64,000 nucleotides of DNA from Nemertoderma westbladi (Eukaryota; Animalia; Xenacoelomorpha): NCBI GenBank assembly GCA_032718475.1, contig JAUCBJ010008887.1:1-64000 (forward strand), written 5' to 3'. Position numbers and translations under genes: made by a program. The notes under the pieces are model-generated. The model was not told the origin of the DNA, did no database searches, and saw nothing but the letters and a program-made list of their open reading frames with translations. Below are positions 60,907 through 64,000 of the stretch, piece after piece. How positions within the stretch are numbered: position 1 is the stretch's first letter; the number at the start of each line of letters is the position of its first letter.

Positions 60907-62309
60907 AAAAATAGTTATAAAACTACTAGTACTGTGTTACATACATTGCATACATACATGGCATACATTTAGTAGGCCTATCAATATTCAATAAGAGGAT
61001 ATTATTGGTCGATTTAAATAAATTTAAGCAAAATAATGCAGTTTTGAAACATTATAAAACGACAAATAAATATCAATCGAAATAATTCAGCATGGCAAAA
61101 ATCATTTAAAACGATCAATAATATCACTCGTATTAAATTATTGAAGATTGATACTAAATGTATGCCATGGTATAGTAATATATTATTACATTGTACAGTA
61201 TACTGTACAGTATAGGACTATTAATAAAATTATTATATTATTAATTATATTGAATTAATAATGTTTTAAAGTTTGAATGTATTAAGAATACTTGCAGTTT
61301 TCGGGCTAAGAATACCCGCGGGCTAAGAATTCAGCCAACCCGAGTTATTGGTATTTCCACCATTTCCACACCCACCATTTAGATTATATGTTTGCGTTGT
61401 ATATTGGTGTTACACAGGTCTATCGTTTCATGTTGCCTATACAGTAGGTGAATGTTGATATCTTATATCCTTTATTCATCATGCATTATTATACAACAGT
61501 TTAGATAGTTTTATTTTACATTATCTTTATTGCATTTGGAGACCATCAGGATTCACTACAGATGAAAAGTACAAGTAAAAAAATGGCCAACTAAAAATGT
61601 TGTGTTTGGTTTGATAATTGAAGGTACAGTAAGTTAAAATAAATCGGCAACATTTGATTTTTATCAACACGGTCGAGCAACCAGTAAGTAGTCTGTCAAA
61701 AGAAATTCCTTTATACTGTAGTATAATTAATTATAAATATAACAAAATTAATTATAATTATAAAAATATAAGGCATATTATCATAGAGTTAGGTTAGATC
61801 TTTAGACTTTACATCCATATATTCTTATACGTTGATAAGACTTATAAAATAATTATTGCTATTGAATAATTATTATTAAGATCAAAATAATATACACCCT
61901 TTAGGCCTATTGGCAATTCAAAGAGGCTGCCATTTCAGTTTGAATTAGGATTTCGGACCGGCACTCTCGAAATCTGTGGTGAAAATGCTCTGGGAGGCAT
62001 ATATATGGCGCTTGGCAAAAATGCCCGGGGGGGGGGGGGGCATTTCGCCTGTGACACCGGCCAAAAAATGTAGAGTTTGTATTACAATGGTACGGTAAAT
62101 AGAATAGGCCTAGAGGAGGAATAAGGCATTTATTAACCACGAAACGGGTTGTATGAATTGTACTGTACAATATTAAATCACTCAATAATTCTAAAATGTA
62201 TCTAAATTAAATAGATAAATATAATTAAAGTAAAATAATAACAAATGTCGGTTATAGTGATTGTGGGTAGTTACAGTAGGTTAAAATTTTGCGTAATACA
62301 TTATTGTAG

Positions 62310-62484
62310 AATAGAAGATTTTCAAGCAAGCCAGCCTGCAACTCGAAGTTCTGGGAAACTTGACCTCTCTAAACTGTTCAACTGCGATGGTTGTTCAGCG
62401 CTTTTCATTGACAAAGCAGCTTTCAATAATCATGCTGCCCAATGCGAATTAGGTGATCAATCGAGTGATGGGAATGTTTCGGTG
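62310..62484 (+). other. Probable exon fragment encoding a C2HC zinc finger, cut by the B2 LTR
   Basis: Acceptor-like ttattgtag| followed by ...LFNCDGCSALFIDKAAFNNHAAQC...; the frame runs into the LTR. Confidence 0.5.
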
Positions 62485-64000
62485 TGTTAGCTTATTCAAT
62501 CCCGCTAACCCAAACCCATAAAGTAGGCCGATAAGCAATATTGGGGGCCACGAAATTGGGTAATCAATCACTCGTGTCACCCCAACAAAATGGGAAGGAG
62601 AAACACACAATGAGGGTCAGGGGCCAAACCCCTAACAGAGAGAGAATAGGTGGAGTGAACGGGAACACTCCAAAGGGCGCCAACAAGGGTATCAACCAAT
62701 CAGAGGGGGGAAAGGCATCGGCTAGGTACAGTAACAAGGCCAACCCGTGCAATATAACCAGTTGGCAGTAATCATTTCATTCAGTTATCTCAGTGTTAGT
62801 TATTGGTGTTACAGTAGTAATAGTTTAGCTAGGGAAGTACCGGGACTTCAATTACCGTATCCCGCCTTCCGTATACAACAACGTATTATCCCATTATCAT
62901 ATCTATATCTATATCTATATACCCAAATATTATATACGACGAACAACACAAACTCTTTTATCTTTCACACACGGCGGGGACGCGTGAACTGACAAACCGG
63001 ATAAACCGGGATCCTATCTGGATCCCGTCACAGTAATTGAACCAGAGCTGCCGCCCTAGCTAGTAAACTCAGTGACTACCAGCCACCAACCTATAGAAGA
63101 GAGATGAGTCAGTCGGGAGAGACGACACCGACGCGGACCCCGGACGAAGAACTAACGATCCGCGAGGCCGCGACCAGACGGTATAGGCCCACGACGCCGG
63201 ACCAATCGGTAACGGGTCATCCGGCAGTTCAGGATGAGGGGGGCCGTCTGGAGCCAGAAGCCGAGTCGAGAGGAAGGGGAGTCGAGTTGAGAGACCGAGA
63301 GGGTGAGTCGGAAGGAGAAGGAGACGAGTCGACACGGGACGAGGGTCGACGTACCGATGTCGCCGGCCAGCCACAGGCCGAGGGCGACGAACGGCCCACC
63401 GAAACGGCGACGGTGGGGCCGACGGTACGACGCCGGACCCGGAGAGACGGAGGAGATGTCGGTACCGATGTCGCCGGCCAGCCACAGGCCGAGGGCGACG
63501 AACGGCCCACCGGAACGGCGACGGTGGGGCCGCCGGTACGACGTCGGACCCGGAGAGACGGAAGAGAGGTCGGCGACGAGGACGTCGGGGTTTCTGATCG
63601 ACTTCGACGGGCCTACAACGCGACCCAGAAACTACTAAAGGAGGCCAAAGAGGGGGCGAAGATAGACGAGGTGAGACTGAGGAAACGACTAGGTGAGTCG
63701 AATAGACACTTTAATTATCTAATGCGCTTCGGGCAAAGAGAACTGGCCAAGGAGAGAGCGAGAGGGGTTGCCGAGGAACTGTGTGACTTATGGCGGTGTA
63801 GGGGTATGGAACCTAGCGTAGTGTACGTAGGGCCATACTTAGTCGATGCCCGGGGAGTAAAATTAGTGGGTTGGGAGGAGACCTGAGGAGGGCGAATCCG
63901 AGGTTAACCCCGAGGATTCGGCCTCGTCGGTCGGAGGAAGTTCCGGGAGGCGGGGGAAAGTTAGTAGGACGGGGAGGCGGAGGGAATCCGTCACAACCGA
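62485..64000 (+). mobile_element. 5' end of BEL/Pao family-B element (copy B2): 5' LTR 62485-63032 and start of gag
   Basis: LTR matches 8359-8902; TATA-like aatataa at 62751 with TCAGTT 30 bp downstream; followed by a purine-rich ORF. Confidence 0.9.
63104..63886 (+). CDS. N-terminal gag-region ORF of B2 (low complexity, 37-aa tandem duplication); the stop at 63886 may be premature
   Basis: ATG 72 bp after the LTR; TDVAGQPQAEGDERPT.TATVGP.VRRRTRRDG x2; same G/A-rich composition as B1; no conserved Gag domain within the window. Confidence 0.55.
   Translation: MSQSGETTPTRTPDEELTIREAATRRYRPTTPDQSVTGHPAVQDEGGRLEPEAESRGRGVELRDREGESEGEGDESTRDEGRRTDVAGQPQAEGDERPTETATVGPTVRRRTRRDGGDVGTDVAGQPQAEGDERPTGTATVGPPVRRRTRRDGREVGDEDVGVSDRLRRAYNATQKLLKEAKEGAKIDEVRLRKRLGESNRHFNYLMRFGQRELAKERARGVAEELCDLWRCRGMEPSVVYVGPYLVDARGVKLVGWEET

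Overview
AT-rich eukaryotic (invertebrate-like) window made almost entirely of nested mobile DNA. Positions 1-22261 hold the right part of a Polinton/Maverick (adintovirus-like) element: major capsid protein, adenain protease, a nuclease-like ORF, an orphan ORF, a TBP-like ORF, a frameshifted protein-primed PolB, a PC4-like ORF and an ACTACT terminus. Its capsid gene is interrupted by a BEL/Pao LTR retrotransposon (family B), whose pol is interrupted by a second BEL/Pao element (family A). A 5'-truncated RTE LINE splits a long palindrome in the Polinton. Next come an intronless BTB-BACK-Kelch gene, MITEs and foldback repeats, a full-length decayed 16.5-kb family-A element (33872-50386), two large minisatellites, a MULE transposase remnant and the 5' end of another family-B element. 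Top leads: (1) both BEL/Pao families lack a tRNA primer-binding site; the bases right after each 5' LTR are complementary to a sequence inside the same LTR, suggesting Tf1-like self-priming; (2) both families carry a homologous non-envelope third ORF with three CCHC knuckles; (3) the Polinton encodes a divergent TATA-binding-protein-like protein plus a PC4-like protein. All protein assignments come from motif recognition by eye; no database searches were run.
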